Origin: Stegostoma tigrinum
Lineage: Eukaryota
Direction: 5' to 3'
Length of the DNA: 64,000 nt
NCBI RefSeq assembly: GCF_030684315.1
Contig: NC_081387.1
Coordinates: 1,406,497-1,470,496 of the forward strand
Shown here: piece after piece, positions 22,199 through 35,377 of the stretch
Layout of the letters: every line of letters starts with the position of its first letter
How positions within the stretch are numbered: the stretch's first letter is position 1
Notes under the pieces: model-generated
What the model was told of the DNA's origin: nothing
Databases searched by the model: none
The model's input: only the letters and a program-made list of their open reading frames with translations
Made by a program: the position numbers and the translations under genes

Positions 22199-24989
22199 AC
22201 AAGGATTATATTTTCAATCATTGCTCTATTGCCATCTTGACACATTAGTATATTACATCTTGATGAGGTGGCTCCTGAAAACCATTTTTGCCTTAAAGTA
22301 ACTAAACACTACTTCCACAAACTGAAAATTCACATTTCCCAGGTTGCTGAGTTGAGCTGGTGTGAACAGCGACTTCGCGTGATGGCAAATTTTATTTTGA
22401 TATCTTCTGTTAGCAGTAACAGGTCTGCGGAATTATCCTCCAACAAGCAGACTACTAAATAAAAAATGAAGACATTGGAGAGAGAGGTCATGTTAAGCAA
22501 TAAATCAAACGCGAACTTTATTAATCAGTACTCACTGTTTTTGTATATTGAATATACCAGCAGTTGATAAATTAGTCGATGTTAAGGAAAGTATGAGACC
22601 ACAACATAGCACTTAATGTGAAAGCTGATGTGTTGTAATTAGGAATATTTTCTTTTACATTCATTTATAATTGCAAGACGTGCATCACTATTGCAGATTA
22701 AACACATTGGTCTGAGTCTCAGAAAATTTGTGACTGATATTTAAATTGGTTATTCAATATTTGTGGGCATTTGCGATCATTCGATATCCTCCAAGGGAAT
22801 CATTTGCTGGCAGTGGACTTAGCAGAGTTTTCCGCGTTCTCAGAGAGTTCTTCGAGGAATTCTCACCAGCCAAACCAGAAGTGTGGAATAGGGTAAGGAT
22901 GGGCGTCGTTGCAGGGCCGGTAATGGAGGAGCGCTCTGGAGTGACGGTAAAGAGCAATGCATCGACATCTTGGTCTGTCTCTCTGCCCAACAGGACATTA
23001 TCCTGTAAGGTAATCATGGTGAATCATAAATCTAGGAGTAATAGTTACTAGATGCGGGGGAGAAAACCGGACTGTGCTTGTTTGTTTCACTGTACTTCCC
23101 CGATACTTCTTAAAATCTAAAAACGTGATTAACATTGTTTCTGTAAGGGACTGAAAATTCAAATATATTTTAAAATGCATTGGTCTCTCTTGAAATCGTA
23201 ACAACCCAAAAAAGACCCAATTTTCCCATAATCTAAACAGCATGCTAACGACCAGATTGATATATTTGCATTAAAGGAGAATAGGACAGTTCAGTCCTGC
23301 ACTGACGGAGATTTTCCCTCACCTGTCGGAGTCTGCTCAGAGTGCAATCATTTCAGAACAATGATTGTAGATGGGAACGCTGACCTGTGAATGAAAGAAC
23401 TGAACACGATCATTACAAAGGAAGGGATACCTGGAGGGATGTTATACATCTGACTGCGAGGGAAACAAGCAGCTTCTAGATTTGAGGGTAGATGGTTCGC
23501 ATTTTACACTGTTCTAGCAATGAAAACTATTACCGTACTTGATTCAAAGTTTTTGTTTTAAGATGGAGGCTGCTTTTTTTTTTCAAAACAAATGACAGTA
23601 CTGCAAAGCACCTCTTGATCAGCAGATTTTTTTCTTAGTTGAAGCAGAACTCGAATATAAAATCATTAGGGGCGAAATTAAGTTTGCAAATAGGCATTTT
23701 TATAATTTATGGACACAACAGTAAATGTGGATACGAAACATAAACAAAGCTTTATGTTAGAGTTTTCTATATATTAGCCGGATGAGAGACAGGGAAGAAG
23801 GTTATAACTGCATTTCATTATCAACCTACATATTTTGAAGAGCATGCGGGCGAGATTTTACTATTCCTAGAGTATTCCTAGAATGAATGACATTATTGCG
23901 TGTATTAACTGGTTAAATGGTCTCCTTCTGGCCAAATAAACACCATCAGAGAGTTAATAAATAATTCCGAGTCTTGGCTGGGAAAACAATAAAATAAAAC
24001 TGTTTGCAACGACAGAAACCTGGCAAAATAAAATACGGACCTAACGGGATCATAGCCAACAAGACAAGCAGCAATTAATTAGCATTCGGAATGTTAGTCG
24101 TGATTTTGTAAAAATCACAGATTTGCTAGGTGTTATAAAACGAACATTAAACACATCCAAAAGACACATCATTGAATGGTATAAGTAACGGGCATATGCA
24201 GAGAGATGGATCTATGAAAGCAAAACTGAACGCGTGTTGAAAAAAACTCATTAAAAACAGACATGACGTGTCACGAAGAGGGCATAGGATAGAGCATTCC
24301 CGCAAAATTTGTAATCGTTTCTAAAAGGCTCAGTTAATTGCGCTGTATATTTGTTGCATTTGTACATTTGCTAACCGTGGCGAGGGCTTTCCAATGATAT
24401 AGAATAAACACGTTAATACGTGAATCGAGTATTCAGTTACTTGTAGAGAATGGAGATCAGGAAAATATAGAAAAGTAGAAAGGGAAGAAAAGTTAAAACT
24501 TTTAAACAATGAAGTATTATAAACATTTGCAGGGAAATAATTAATGGACCAGATTTCCGGGGCTGGCTGGCAGGTTGGGCGGGGTCGGCGGGCGTTCATG
24601 TCGGGGAAGGGGAATGTCAAGAATTGGACAATTAGGCTTTGGAAAGGTTCGACCACATAAATGAAAGCATTACAATCACAACTCTTTTTCTGAGAATGAG
24701 CTAATGTCGGTCAAATGGCAGTGCGGCACTGTGTGAACGGGATATGCTGAGATTCCTAACGTGGACAATTTCGATGTCTCACATCGCGGAGGGAGAAGGC
24801 ATGTCGGGATAGTTTGCAATGATGATCTCTTAGTTTATCACAAAAAAGATGAGAGGTTATATAAAAAATGTTATTGATGGAGCTGGGCGACACGCATGTT
24901 AGTGAACAGGGAATAGTAGATCATTTGAATGTCACAAAATGTGAAAATTATTTGGAGGCACTGTGTTATATAATAAACAAATTGATCCA

Positions 24990-25174
24990 GTACATTGCTG
25001 TTAGATTGTGATTCATTCCGCTGCTACTTGTAGAGGCGTCACTTAATGCACCAGGAGCAAGACTCCTCCTGTACCAATGATCTAACATGTTTAGAGAAGC
25101 TCAGTCTACGTAACAGAGAGAAAACCCAGAATGGCGCAATCGACGTCCAAAGGGAAAGGCATTCATAATATCCA
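24990..25174 (-). pseudogene. Possible degenerate transmembrane exon of the Siglec-like pseudogene
   Basis: Acceptor tgttttttgttcag; hydrophobic IIGTGGVLLLV followed after a frameshift by LYK*QRN; contains stops. Confidence 0.25.
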
Positions 25175-25399
25175 CTGAACAAAAAACATTCAGTTAGCTC
25201 TGTCTGTTCTGATACTTCATATATCCCAATATACATTCGTCAGATACTTCTCTCACCAGGTTATCTTCCAACATGTTTATTTGAAATCAGAAGCTTCTCA
25301 AGCGTTGACTTCACTGACGGAGGAGCAGCACCCGGAAAACTTGTGATTTGAAATAAACATGTTGGACTATAACGTGGTGTCGTCTGACTCTCTCTTACA

Positions 25400-25752
25400 T
25401 GAAAGATATTATTAAGCTGGAGAGGATTCAAAAGAGATTTACGTTAGGTTGCCAAAAATGGAGAAGTTGGTTCAGTTGGGGCATGTTCACTGGGGCACAG
25501 GAGGTTGAGAGGTGACCTTTTAGACTTTAAAAAATCATGAGGGGTATCTACAATGGAGGACAAGTCCGTTGCACAGATAATGGTTCATGTATGAAATGAA
25601 ATTGAAGAGGAGGTGGTGTACGTTTTAGATTTGTACATGAATAAGAGATGTTTGGAGTGAAATGGGCCAAGAGCATGTAGGTAAACCTCGTTTCGTTTTG
25701 GGATTATGGTTAGCATGGACTGGTTGGACAGCTTGCTTGACTTTATGACTCT
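25400..25752 (+). mobile_element. CR1 3' fragment
   Basis: KDIIKLERIQKRF; tail atgactctatg. Confidence 0.7.
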
Positions 25753-26314
25753 ATGAGTGCCCTTCAGTCAGCATGTAGTCGAGTGTGTTATCAAGAGCAA
25801 TGCAAGTTAGCGAAAATCAATGGTGAACCACTGACAGCAGGGAGTTGTGCCGACTGCCGTTGTGTTTGTTGGAAATTGATCATCTCTGCGGCAGCTCGGC
25901 CTGCTGCCCCATTTGGCTGTTTCTGCGATGATTTTCCCTCTGTTACAAAGGCAAAAAACCGAGATGACCACTAATGATTGCACAGCTTTTCATTCCCTCT
26001 GAAGCTCCTCATAAGAAAATGGTGCAGGCATTGTCACGGCAGGCACGCGGCAACATTTAGCTTTGAGGCGAATATCTAAATGAATCGGTGGACTCCCAGG
26101 TTCACTTCCAGCACCAAATACTTTAATGTACTACACAGGACTGTAGGATGCCTCCGGCCGTGCAGATACTTCTCCCTGAACAAAGAGAAATATACACTTT
26201 TTGCACATTTACTTTTAGCCCGTCTAGGCTGCTACAAACCAATCGTATTCTGATTAATCATACACACAGCCAATCAGGTTAATCACGTGAATGCATGAAC
26301 AGTCCAGGTTTCGG

Positions 26315-27385
26315 TCATTCCCCTCGTCCTCACACACCACCCCACCAACCTCCGGATACAACGCATCATCCTCCGACACTTCCGCCATCTACAATCCGAC
26401 CCCACCACCCAAGACATTTTTCCATCCCCAACCTTGTCTGCCTTCCGGAGAGACCACTTTCTCCGTGACTCCCTTGTTCGCTCCACACTGCCCTCCAACC
26501 CCACCACTCTGGCACCTTCCCCTGCAACCGCAGGAAGTCCTAAACTTGCCCCCACACCTCCTCCCTCACCCCTATCCCAGGCCCCAAGATGATTTGCCAT
26601 ATTAAGCAGAGGCTCACCTGCACATCTGCCAATGTGGTATACTGTATCCACTGTACCCGGTGTGGTTTCCTCTACATTGGGGAAACCAAGCGGAGGCTTG
26701 GAGACCGCTTTGCAGAACACCTCCGCTCGGTTCGCAATAAACAACTGCACCTCCCAGTCGCGAATCATTTCAACTCCCCCTCCCATTCTTTAGATGACAT
26801 GTCCATCATGGGCCTCCTGCAGTGCCACAATGATGCCACCCGAAGGTTGCAGGAACAGCAACTCATATTCCACTTGGGAACCCTGCAGCCCAATGGTATC
26901 AATGAGGACTTCACCAGCTTCAAAAACTCCCCTTCCCCCACCGCATCCCAAAACCAGCCCAGTTCGTCCCCTCCCCCCACTGCGTCCCAAAACCAGCCCA
27001 GCTCATCCCCTCCCCTCACTGCATCCCTAACCTGTTCTTCCTCTCACCCACCCCTTCCTCCCACCTCAAGCCACACCTCCATCTCCTACCTACTAACCTC
27101 ATCCCACCTCCTTGACCTGTCCATCCTCCCCAGACTGATCTATCCCGTCCCTACCTCCCCACCTATACTCTCTCCACCTATCTTCTTTTCTCTTCATCTT
27201 CGGTCCACCTCCCCCTCTCTCCCTATTTATTCCAGAACCCTCACCCCATCCCCCTCTCTGATGAAGGGTCTAGGCCTGAAACGTCAGCTTTTGTGCTCCT
27301 GAGATGTTGCTTGGCCTGCTGTGTTCATCCAGCTTCACACTTTGTTGTCTTGGATTCTCCAGCATCTGCAGTTCCCATTATCTCT
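26315..27385 (+). mobile_element. 5'-truncated Penelope-like element (GIY-YIG, hammerhead, full 3' tail)
   Basis: ORF 26589-27302 contains NVVYCIHCTRCGFLYIGET; tail ends ...gcagttcccattatctct. Confidence 0.9.
27258..27285 (+). ncRNA. Minimal type I hammerhead ribozyme motif
   Basis: CTGATGAAGGGTCTAGGCCTGAAACGTC, one C>T change in helix II. Confidence 0.75.
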
Positions 27386-27407
27386 TAGGTCTTCCCGTGA
27401 TCCCATA

Positions 27408-27705
27408 CTGTGGCTCCGTGGTTAGCACTACAGCCTCGCAGAGCCAGGGACCCGGGTTCAATTCCAACGTCAGGCGACTGTCTGTGGACTTTGCTCATTC
27501 GCCCCCTGTCTGCGTGGGTTTTTTTTCCGAGTGCTCCGGTTTCCTTCCACAGTCCAAAGATGTGCCGGTGGATCGGCCATGCTAAATTGCCCGTAGTGTT
27601 CAGGGGTGTGTGGGTTATAGGGGGATGGGTGTGGGTGGGATGTTCTAAGGGGCAGTGTGGGCTTGTTGGGTCGAAGGGCCTGTTTCCACACTGTAGGGAA
27701 TCTAA
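27408..27705 (+). mobile_element. HE1-type V-SINE
   Basis: A/B boxes, V-domain and tail. Confidence 0.85.
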
Positions 27706-27714
27706 ACTACGTAA

Positions 27715-29420
27715 GAAATAGAAACATGTGGCTGTGGGTCAGCTCACCATTCAATAGTATCATGGCTGAGTTTTTCATGGACTCAGCTCTACTTATCCGC
27801 CTGCTCACCATAACCCTAAGCTGCTTTACTATCTAAAATTCTGTCTCTCTTTTGCTTTAAAACATTTAACGAGGTAGCCTCAACAGTTTCACTGGGCAGG
27901 GAATTTCACAAATTCACACGCTTTGAGTGAAGGTGTTCCTCATCAATTTAGTTCTAAATCAGCTTCCCTTTATTTTGAGGCAATGTCCCCTCGTTCCAGT
28001 TTTACCCGCCAATGGAAACAATCTCCTTCCTTCTATCTTATCTATTTCCTACATAATTTTATATGCTTCTATAAGATCCCACTCCCCTCCCCCCCCCCCC
28101 GCAACCAGTCTTCCCTCCCTCCAGTACCAGTACAACGTCTCAAGTAAGGAGACCAAAGCAGTGCACAATACTCCAGATGTGGCCTCACCAGCATTCTATG
28201 CAGCTACAACATAACGTACCTACTTTTAAACTCAATTCTCCAGCTATGAAAGACAATATTCCATTTGTCTACTTAATTATATGCTGCACCTGCAAACCAA
28301 TATTTTGTGATTCATGCAAAAGGATGCGCAGGTCCATCTACACAGCAGAATGCTCCAATTTTCACCATTTAAATAATAGTCAATTTTGCTCTGATTCCTA
28401 CCAAAATCTTCGCATTTATTGTCATTGTACTCCATCAGCCCGACCCTTGACAACTCAATTAATCTATTTGCATCCATCTGCAGACTTTCCATGTCCTCTG
28501 CGACTTTGCTCTACCGGTCATTCTTGTGTCATCTGCGAACTTTGACGCACTACACTTCATCTTCAACTCTAAATCATCTATGTAAATCCTAAACAAATGC
28601 AATCCCGACCCTTATTCCTGAGGTACACCACTAGCTACTGATCGCTAAACTGAAAAAAAAACAACCATTTATTCCCACCCTCAGACCTCCGATAGTTAAC
28701 CCATCTTATATCTATGCTGGTGCATTAGCCATGATGCCTTGTGGCTTTATCTTATGCAGCAAACGTTTTGTGCACCATCATGTCCAACGCCTTCTGGAAT
28801 TTGAGATATATTACATCCACTGGTTCCCCCCTTGTACACCCCGCTTGGAATGTCCTTGAAGAATTCCAGTAAAATTAATTAAACATGACCTGCCTTTCTT
28901 GAACCCATGCTGCATCTGCCCGACGGGGAAACTTCTACCCCACTGTCTCCTACTTCTTTTTTAATGATAGACTCAAGCATTTTCTCCTCTACAGAGATAA
29001 AGCTAACGGGTCAATATTTGCCCGCCTTTAATCAGCCTCATTTTAAAAAAATACATTGGTGTTACATGAACAGTTTTCCAAGCTATCAGAACAGCCCTAG
29101 AGACGGCAGAATTTTGATATTTCTTATTTTCATTTCTTACTTTCATCACCATCCCTGGGATGTGTTCTATCAGAGCCAGTGCACTTGTCTGCCTTTAGCC
29201 CCATTCGCTTGCGGAACACTCGCGCTTCAGTGATAATGTTTCTGGTTCCGCACATGCCATATCCTCCTTATCATCCATTATCGGCATGTTATTTGTGTTT
29301 TCTACTGTGAAGACTGACCTAAAAGTTCAATTCCTCGATCATTACCTTACTTCCCATCATTGGATCCTCCTTCTCATCTTCTAAAGGACTAACGTTTACA
29401 TTGGCCACACTTTTTCTTTT
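27715..29420 (-). mobile_element. CR1 LINE ORF2/3' fragment
   Basis: Reverse-complement RT remnants (QHGF.KGRSC, DFQKA.D, QRTWKVCRWMQ). Confidence 0.75.
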
Positions 29421-32400
29421 TGCATATTTACAGAAACGATTGCTATCCGTTTACCAACTGCCCTTATCACATCCTCGGGCTTTCTCAATGCATCTTACTG
29501 AACCACGACATAGACTTAATCTTTGCACCATTTATACACCACTGCCCTGCTTATAGCAAGGGGGCTTCTTCTATCAGCCTTAGAGTGAATATCCGCGGGA
29601 ATGCGGTTAAATCCTTTAATTGATGTACACTTAAAACTCCATTTTGATATATGACATATGGTTGCCATTATTTAGAGGTCTTAATAGATGTCAGTCAGAC
29701 GCTTGATATAGCAAGGTGTAGAGCTGGATTACCACAGCAGGCCAAGCAGCAGCAGGGGAGAAGGAAGGCTAACGTTTCGGGTCTAGACGCTTTCCGTCTA
29801 TCCCGCGACAAATACCAGACTCTCGAGCAGGACTTCCTTCATATCAAGCATTTCTCAAGGATGCTGTTCCCACAGAGTTCAATGTATGCATTTCACAAAA
29901 CATTTTGTGCGTTATCTTAGTCTTGTTACCTTCGGTAATCTCTTTCTATGGAGATTACAACTCTGCCAGCTTCTCGTTTAACTTCAAACATCAGAATGTA
30001 AATAACATTGTTTTGTCGAAAAATGTTACCCAGCCTCTTTGTCAACTGAGAACCACTGTCAGCTATTTTATAAGGCATCCACAATAGTGCTGGGAATTCA
30101 CATGCAAATATTTGTGATAGTCAAGTGCCAGGAACGGACTACAACGTGACTCCCTGCCAATTAATATTATTGAGACCTAATCAAAGCAATAGTATAAATA
30201 CTCCTTTGCCTGAGTCGTCAGCAGTTTTAATGTTTATAATTCTGACGATTCCCAAATCTTCTCTCCCATCATTTCATTCTAAAACCTTGTCCACGTAAGT
30301 AATGATTCTTAAAATGAAAACAGACGGAAAGATGACTGTGCTCAATGTATTTTTTTGTTAAATTCCGACTACAGCCTTTCTTCAGACAACAGTTACAAAA
30401 TACATATCATTATGGTATCTTAGCAACCAAAGAGAGACTATTATTCAATGAGAATTGGAGATCTTGTACAGCAGGATTTCATGTTTGGAGTTATCATGTT
30501 TACAAGAAGCAGCAAGAAAATCCAGAGGCGCAGAGCTCTTTTGGTGCATGTTTACCGCCTTCGTAACATTCTCCACCAAAACATCGACCCATTTTAAGTG
30601 GCGGGCATCTATCTGCAGGCAAAAGTGAAAAATGAATTTTTGGTTGTGTTCCCACATGAAGTAATGCCATAAATTCCCATGATGCTGTGTTACTCAATGG
30701 CCTAAAAAGCACCTCAACTTTCGCATAACTCTGAAAAAAATCTGTAATTCCACAAGCCACTTTGCTCAATTTCTCAGTTCTCAGGTGTTCTCTTCCCAAC
30801 ACATTGGAATTTCATCAGAACGTAACCAAACACACCCGCTTTCAGAGATGCGTGACTGGAAACTACCTTATAATGATACCGAAGTTCTCTGCTAGCAGGG
30901 GACTGAAACATTCGCACAAATAATAGATCCGTTTTAAAATGCAGACAGTGCTTTAGAGGAAACTTTGCGCCACTGTATGCGAAGGAGCAATAGGAACTGC
31001 AGATGTGGAGAATCTGAGATAACAAAGTGTGGAGCTGATGAACACAGGGGTTAGCGTTTGAAAGTTCCACCCATATCTTCTTTGTACGCAGAATGGAGAT
31101 TCTCTGGTCACGTTGGTTCAGAAAATCAATTGCAGCACTTCCTACAAAATGAAATCTCAAATAATTAGATCAAATCATCAACCCTCTGTCTCGGCCGCAT
31201 CTCCTTAAATTTCACTGCATCAATTATATTAACAAAGCGATGCCCTATCTGCAGTGACTCTCTGATTGTCGAGCCACTTGTAGCGAAAAGCTGGCCCCCG
31301 TCAATAGGACGTTTCTACACAATTGGTCAAATGCTATTCGCAATCAACATTCTGCACCAGCGACACAGAACACTGAGTCTGGAGGGAAAGAGCCTGAAGC
31401 AGCCTCACATTCTGTCCTCATGAGCAGGCCACAGAACAATGCAACAGGTGACCGTGCTCGTCTGTAGCAGTTGTGAGTTTGTCCTCATTTTCTGAAAGCT
31501 ATTGTGCAGTCTTCAAACGAGTTCCTGTTTTAAATATCAGTTGGTGTACGACCATGCCCTTCATGGTGCACAGTAGCTTCTTATTTGGATAAGGGTAGAA
31601 AACAGACTGGCTGAAAGATTAAAAGGCTAAACATTCATTTCACTGTCTTTTCACAGTTGGTGCCTGAAATGTACTTCAATGTCGTTTGCTTTCCTTTTCC
31701 AGAGTCTCTACCCACTCACACAGTTACTGAACTACCATTGAGTATTGGTCTGTTGTTGCAGTAAATATTACATGTGCAAATTTCATCTAATATAAACCAG
31801 TCATATTTTGTTATTGAAAGAGAATAAATTAACTAGCACATAATAGCAACAGCTTAAACTCAAGATATACTGAAATACCTGGCATGTCCACTTTTTTAAA
31901 ATTAGGACGTGTCATGATGAGCGGAGTTGTTATCAAGAAACAAAGCCCCCAAAATAACATTCTATTCATCTTCTGCAGTTTTGATGTCAGGATCAGAGAA
32001 ATAAGCTGATTGCGCGCTTGGAGAGGGTGTTGAATTTATATTTACACAAACCGGAAGTGGCCTGTTATGGTGGCTCTTTGGGAGCGTTTGTATTCTGTGT
32101 TTGTGTTTCTCAATTGGTAATCTTACAGATCTGGCAATATTCCATCTCTTTTAAGTCGCTAGGTTTTGCATTTTTAGGCACCATTCCGATACTTCACGCA
32201 AGTAAACAAAGGACAAACGCCGCCAAGTACAAAGGTGGAACAGATTGTCTTGTCATGTGCTACTAGCAAACAAACCATGGTACAAGGTCGTTGCTGAAAC
32301 ATTAGGCTTTTGTCTTTCTTTTACACTGTCCTGCTGTGATCCACTGTCATTAAACGTAGGGTATTAACAGAAAATCCTCACTCCCTTCACAATAGTTTGA

Positions 32401-32785
32401 TTAAGTAATCAATTCCCTTGAAAAAAAGAAAGTAGATTTTTGGAACAATTGACTGGCACCAGATACCCGTAATGTCTAATTCCTTTTCCAATATTAGAGC
32501 ATGACAAATAAAGCTGTTTCTTTTTACAGGTAGCTGTTGCAGCAAGCAGAAAAAGTTGACAGTTCCGGTGGTTATCCAGAAAATATGAAGATTTGAAGCA
32601 TTGATCGAGACTTGATTTTCGATTAAAGTGGGAGGGTTCTCGACACTTGTGGCATTGGGTACGTTCTAGGGCAATCAGTGTCCATTAGGACCCAATACGT
32701 GCTAACTCCCAGCTCATAGAATTTGGTCAGTACTGTTGCCCTAGTCATCATAACTTTTCTCAGTTCATCCCACATGTGTACTTAC

Positions 32786-33054
32786 TGATTTAAAATTATT
32801 TCTGTGACTTTACATGCGTCATCAGCTATAAATGTCAAATTATTATGTCTGTTCAACATATCTGCAACTTCCTTTTAAAATGTGGGAATATGAGACTGTC
32901 TGGTATTTTCCAGCATTGATTTTCCATCTCCAATTGTCCAGTGTACAGTTCAGAGTAAACCTCATTTTCAGTGGTTCTGAAATTGTATGGCAACCCGACC
33001 AGGTAACATCAGGATCAAACTTCACTTCGCTACCTCTTTGCTTCTCTGAAAAGC
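32786..33054 (-). pseudogene. Degenerate Siglec/MAG-like second (C2-set) Ig exon
   Basis: 269-bp AG..GTAAGT-bounded segment with a phase-1 start. GFSEKQR..EV...DVTWSGCHTISEP resembles fish Siglec-like D2 GFSxKP..EV...VTCSVxHTCPxxP. Frameshift near the 3' end. Confidence 0.4.
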
Positions 33055-33324
33055 CTATAGAATCTCGTATTATTTATATTGGTATGACTATATAGTTTTC
33101 TTCATATTCTGATTCCCCTCCTTATTAATACCTGTACTATGGTTTGCTAATCTCTATATTCTCTTCCATTGCCTGACTTGACAGCAATTTTTTTGTTTAA
33201 ATATAGGTCTGATGCTCCCTTTATCGTATTTTTATTTAACTATGAACATTAGCTTTTCCCTTTGACTTGCGTCTTACCTGTTGATGTGTATGGTTTATTC
33301 AGCATCCTTGCAAATCATCTCGAA

Positions 33325-33950
33325 GATTCATGATAGTGTCATAGAGATGTAATTCATCGGGGCAGACTTCTCGGTCCAATTCATCCATGTTGACCAGATG
33401 CGCTAAATTAATTTAGGCCCATTTTCCAGCATTTTACCCATATCTCTCTAAGCACTTTCTATTCATGGACCCATCAAGATGCTTTTTTAAAAAAACATTG
33501 TAACTGCATAACCTTCACCACCTCCTCTGCCCACTCATTCCATACATGCCCCACCTTCTGTGTGAAAAGGTTGCTACTTGGGTCCCTTTTAAAGCTTTTG
33601 CCTCTCACCTTAAACTTATGCCCTCTAGTTTTGGACTCCCCTCGATTTGGAAGAAAACCCTTGTCTATTCACCCTATCCATGACCCTCATGATTTTATAA
33701 ATGTCTATAAGATCACCCCTCAGTCTCCAGGGAAAATAGTCCAGTCTCTTTAGACTTTCCCTATAGCTCAAACTTGCAAACCCTAACAAAATCCTTGCAA
33801 ATCTCTTTTGAACCCTTTCAAGTTTAACAGCATCTTTCCTCGAGCAGGGAGACCAGAATTGAATGAAGTACTCCAAAAGACGCCTAACCAGTGTTCTGTA
33901 TAACTGCAACATGACCTCCCAATTCCCATACCTAATGCACTACATGTTGC
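33325..33950 (-). mobile_element. CR1 3' fragment
   Basis: MLQLYRTLVRRLLEYFIQFWSPCSRKDAVKLERVQKRF. Confidence 0.85.
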
Positions 33951-35143
33951 AAGTACACAAATGTGTTGTGTTGAAGTCACAGGCTTGTGTTAAAGTCGAA
34001 AAGGCGATGGACGTAAGTTCAAGCTAACATTGATCAGAGAGCTGATTAAATGCCGCAAGAAAGACGCGCGTAATTATGGAGAATGGATACGTCACAGGTA
34101 TTCATTTAAAACTCGAGCAATGATTCACGAAAGGCACAGTGCTAAGTTTTTTCATGTTTTGTTTTACATCATTCTGTTACTTTCTGAAAGTAAAGCGGCG
34201 TTGGATCAATACAACAGTTTTATCTCTTTTTTTTGGTTGCAACATACCAATTTATATAGTTAAAAAAACCCATTCGTTTAACTTAATTCGGCAAAAGCAC
34301 TTTCTGCACCGACACAAACAGGAGGTGAAGCAAATTGATCAGAATTTTGTCAAAACCAAGTCACAACTCTTCTGGAGTTGAATATAGATCAGCTTCTGCT
34401 CAGCAATGTTTGTTAAAGTCGAGAGTTTTTTTCTAAAAAATCATGAATTTAAGAAATGGATTTTCGCTTGCCAGATCTGTATTAAGCACGTGTTGCATAA
34501 ATGAATTCTCTAGGAGATGTGCATGTATCTACTGTTTTCCAGCAACCAGTGGGTTGAATGTGTTCTCCTTATTTTGTATTTTGTCCATATCAATATCAAA
34601 TAATATGCAAGCGTTTCTCCGAGCAACTGAATGTCAGCCTTAATTTGTAGTTACTGATTGCTACGTTTTCAACTCCAGTCGTCATCTTGTTTCACAGTGG
34701 TTCATTGTTCATTGCTTGAAATTGTACAATATGTTCCCTTCTGGCTATCAGAAATGTTTCGGGAATCATCACTAACGTCTACTAAAAAAAAGCAGATGTG
34801 TGCAATCTTTTGGATTTATCCTTAAAAGCTGGTTAAGAGCTTTTGCGGTGCAGTTACAGTGCCCCTATTTCTGGAACAGGAGTCCCGGGCTCACGTGCTA
34901 TCTGTGTTAGAGTGTGTAATCACGTCACTGAACAGTTTGATTAGAAAAAATTCTAGCTCTTATCAAAAATGGGCAATGTCTCCTGTGTTCAAAAATAATT
35001 TGAATATAACTGGAAATTTTGTAATGCTATGATTTACCCTTGACTGCTAACATTTCTTTTTAATCGAACGTTTAACTTCCATTTTCCATTGGCGTCTCGG
35101 ACTTTTGCAATTTTATTTGTTAACACCTTGCTATAGAGTACAC

Positions 35144-35377
35144 CTTATTGCTGATTCTGTACAAGTAAGCCCTGTTTAATGGTAAACCAACAAAAGATAT
35201 GTGACCTCTCTCTGAGAACTAAACACCTGCATTAAACATTGTGGCGTCCCTGATAGTTAGGGATGATTTTTCATCTAAATTATTAATTAATTCTGTTTCC
35301 TTACTCATTACACGCACATCCCCTTCTTCTGTCAAATAAACATGTTTCACAGCATTCCACATAGCCCTGGAGTAAAT
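35144..35377 (-). pseudogene. Degenerate Siglec/MAG/CD22-like V-set Ig exon
   Basis: Strong acceptor ttgttatttttcag. WNAVKHVYLTEEG(fs)MCV resembles Siglec VxVQEGxCV; TELINNLDEKSSLTIRDATMFNAGV*FSERG resembles RLLGDxxxxNCSLSIxDARxxDxGxYFFRxERG. Internal deletion and a premature stop. Confidence 0.45.

Noticed and set aside
31503-31608. Minus-strand J-segment-like QLIFKTGTRLKT preceded by a TACTGTG heptamer-like site
   Set aside because: The FGxG motif is broken, the nonamer and spacer are poor, there is no splice donor after it, and no V or C context; likely chance.
32050-32059. Perfect ETS motif ACCGGAAGTG
   Set aside because: A single 10-mer without other promoter evidence.
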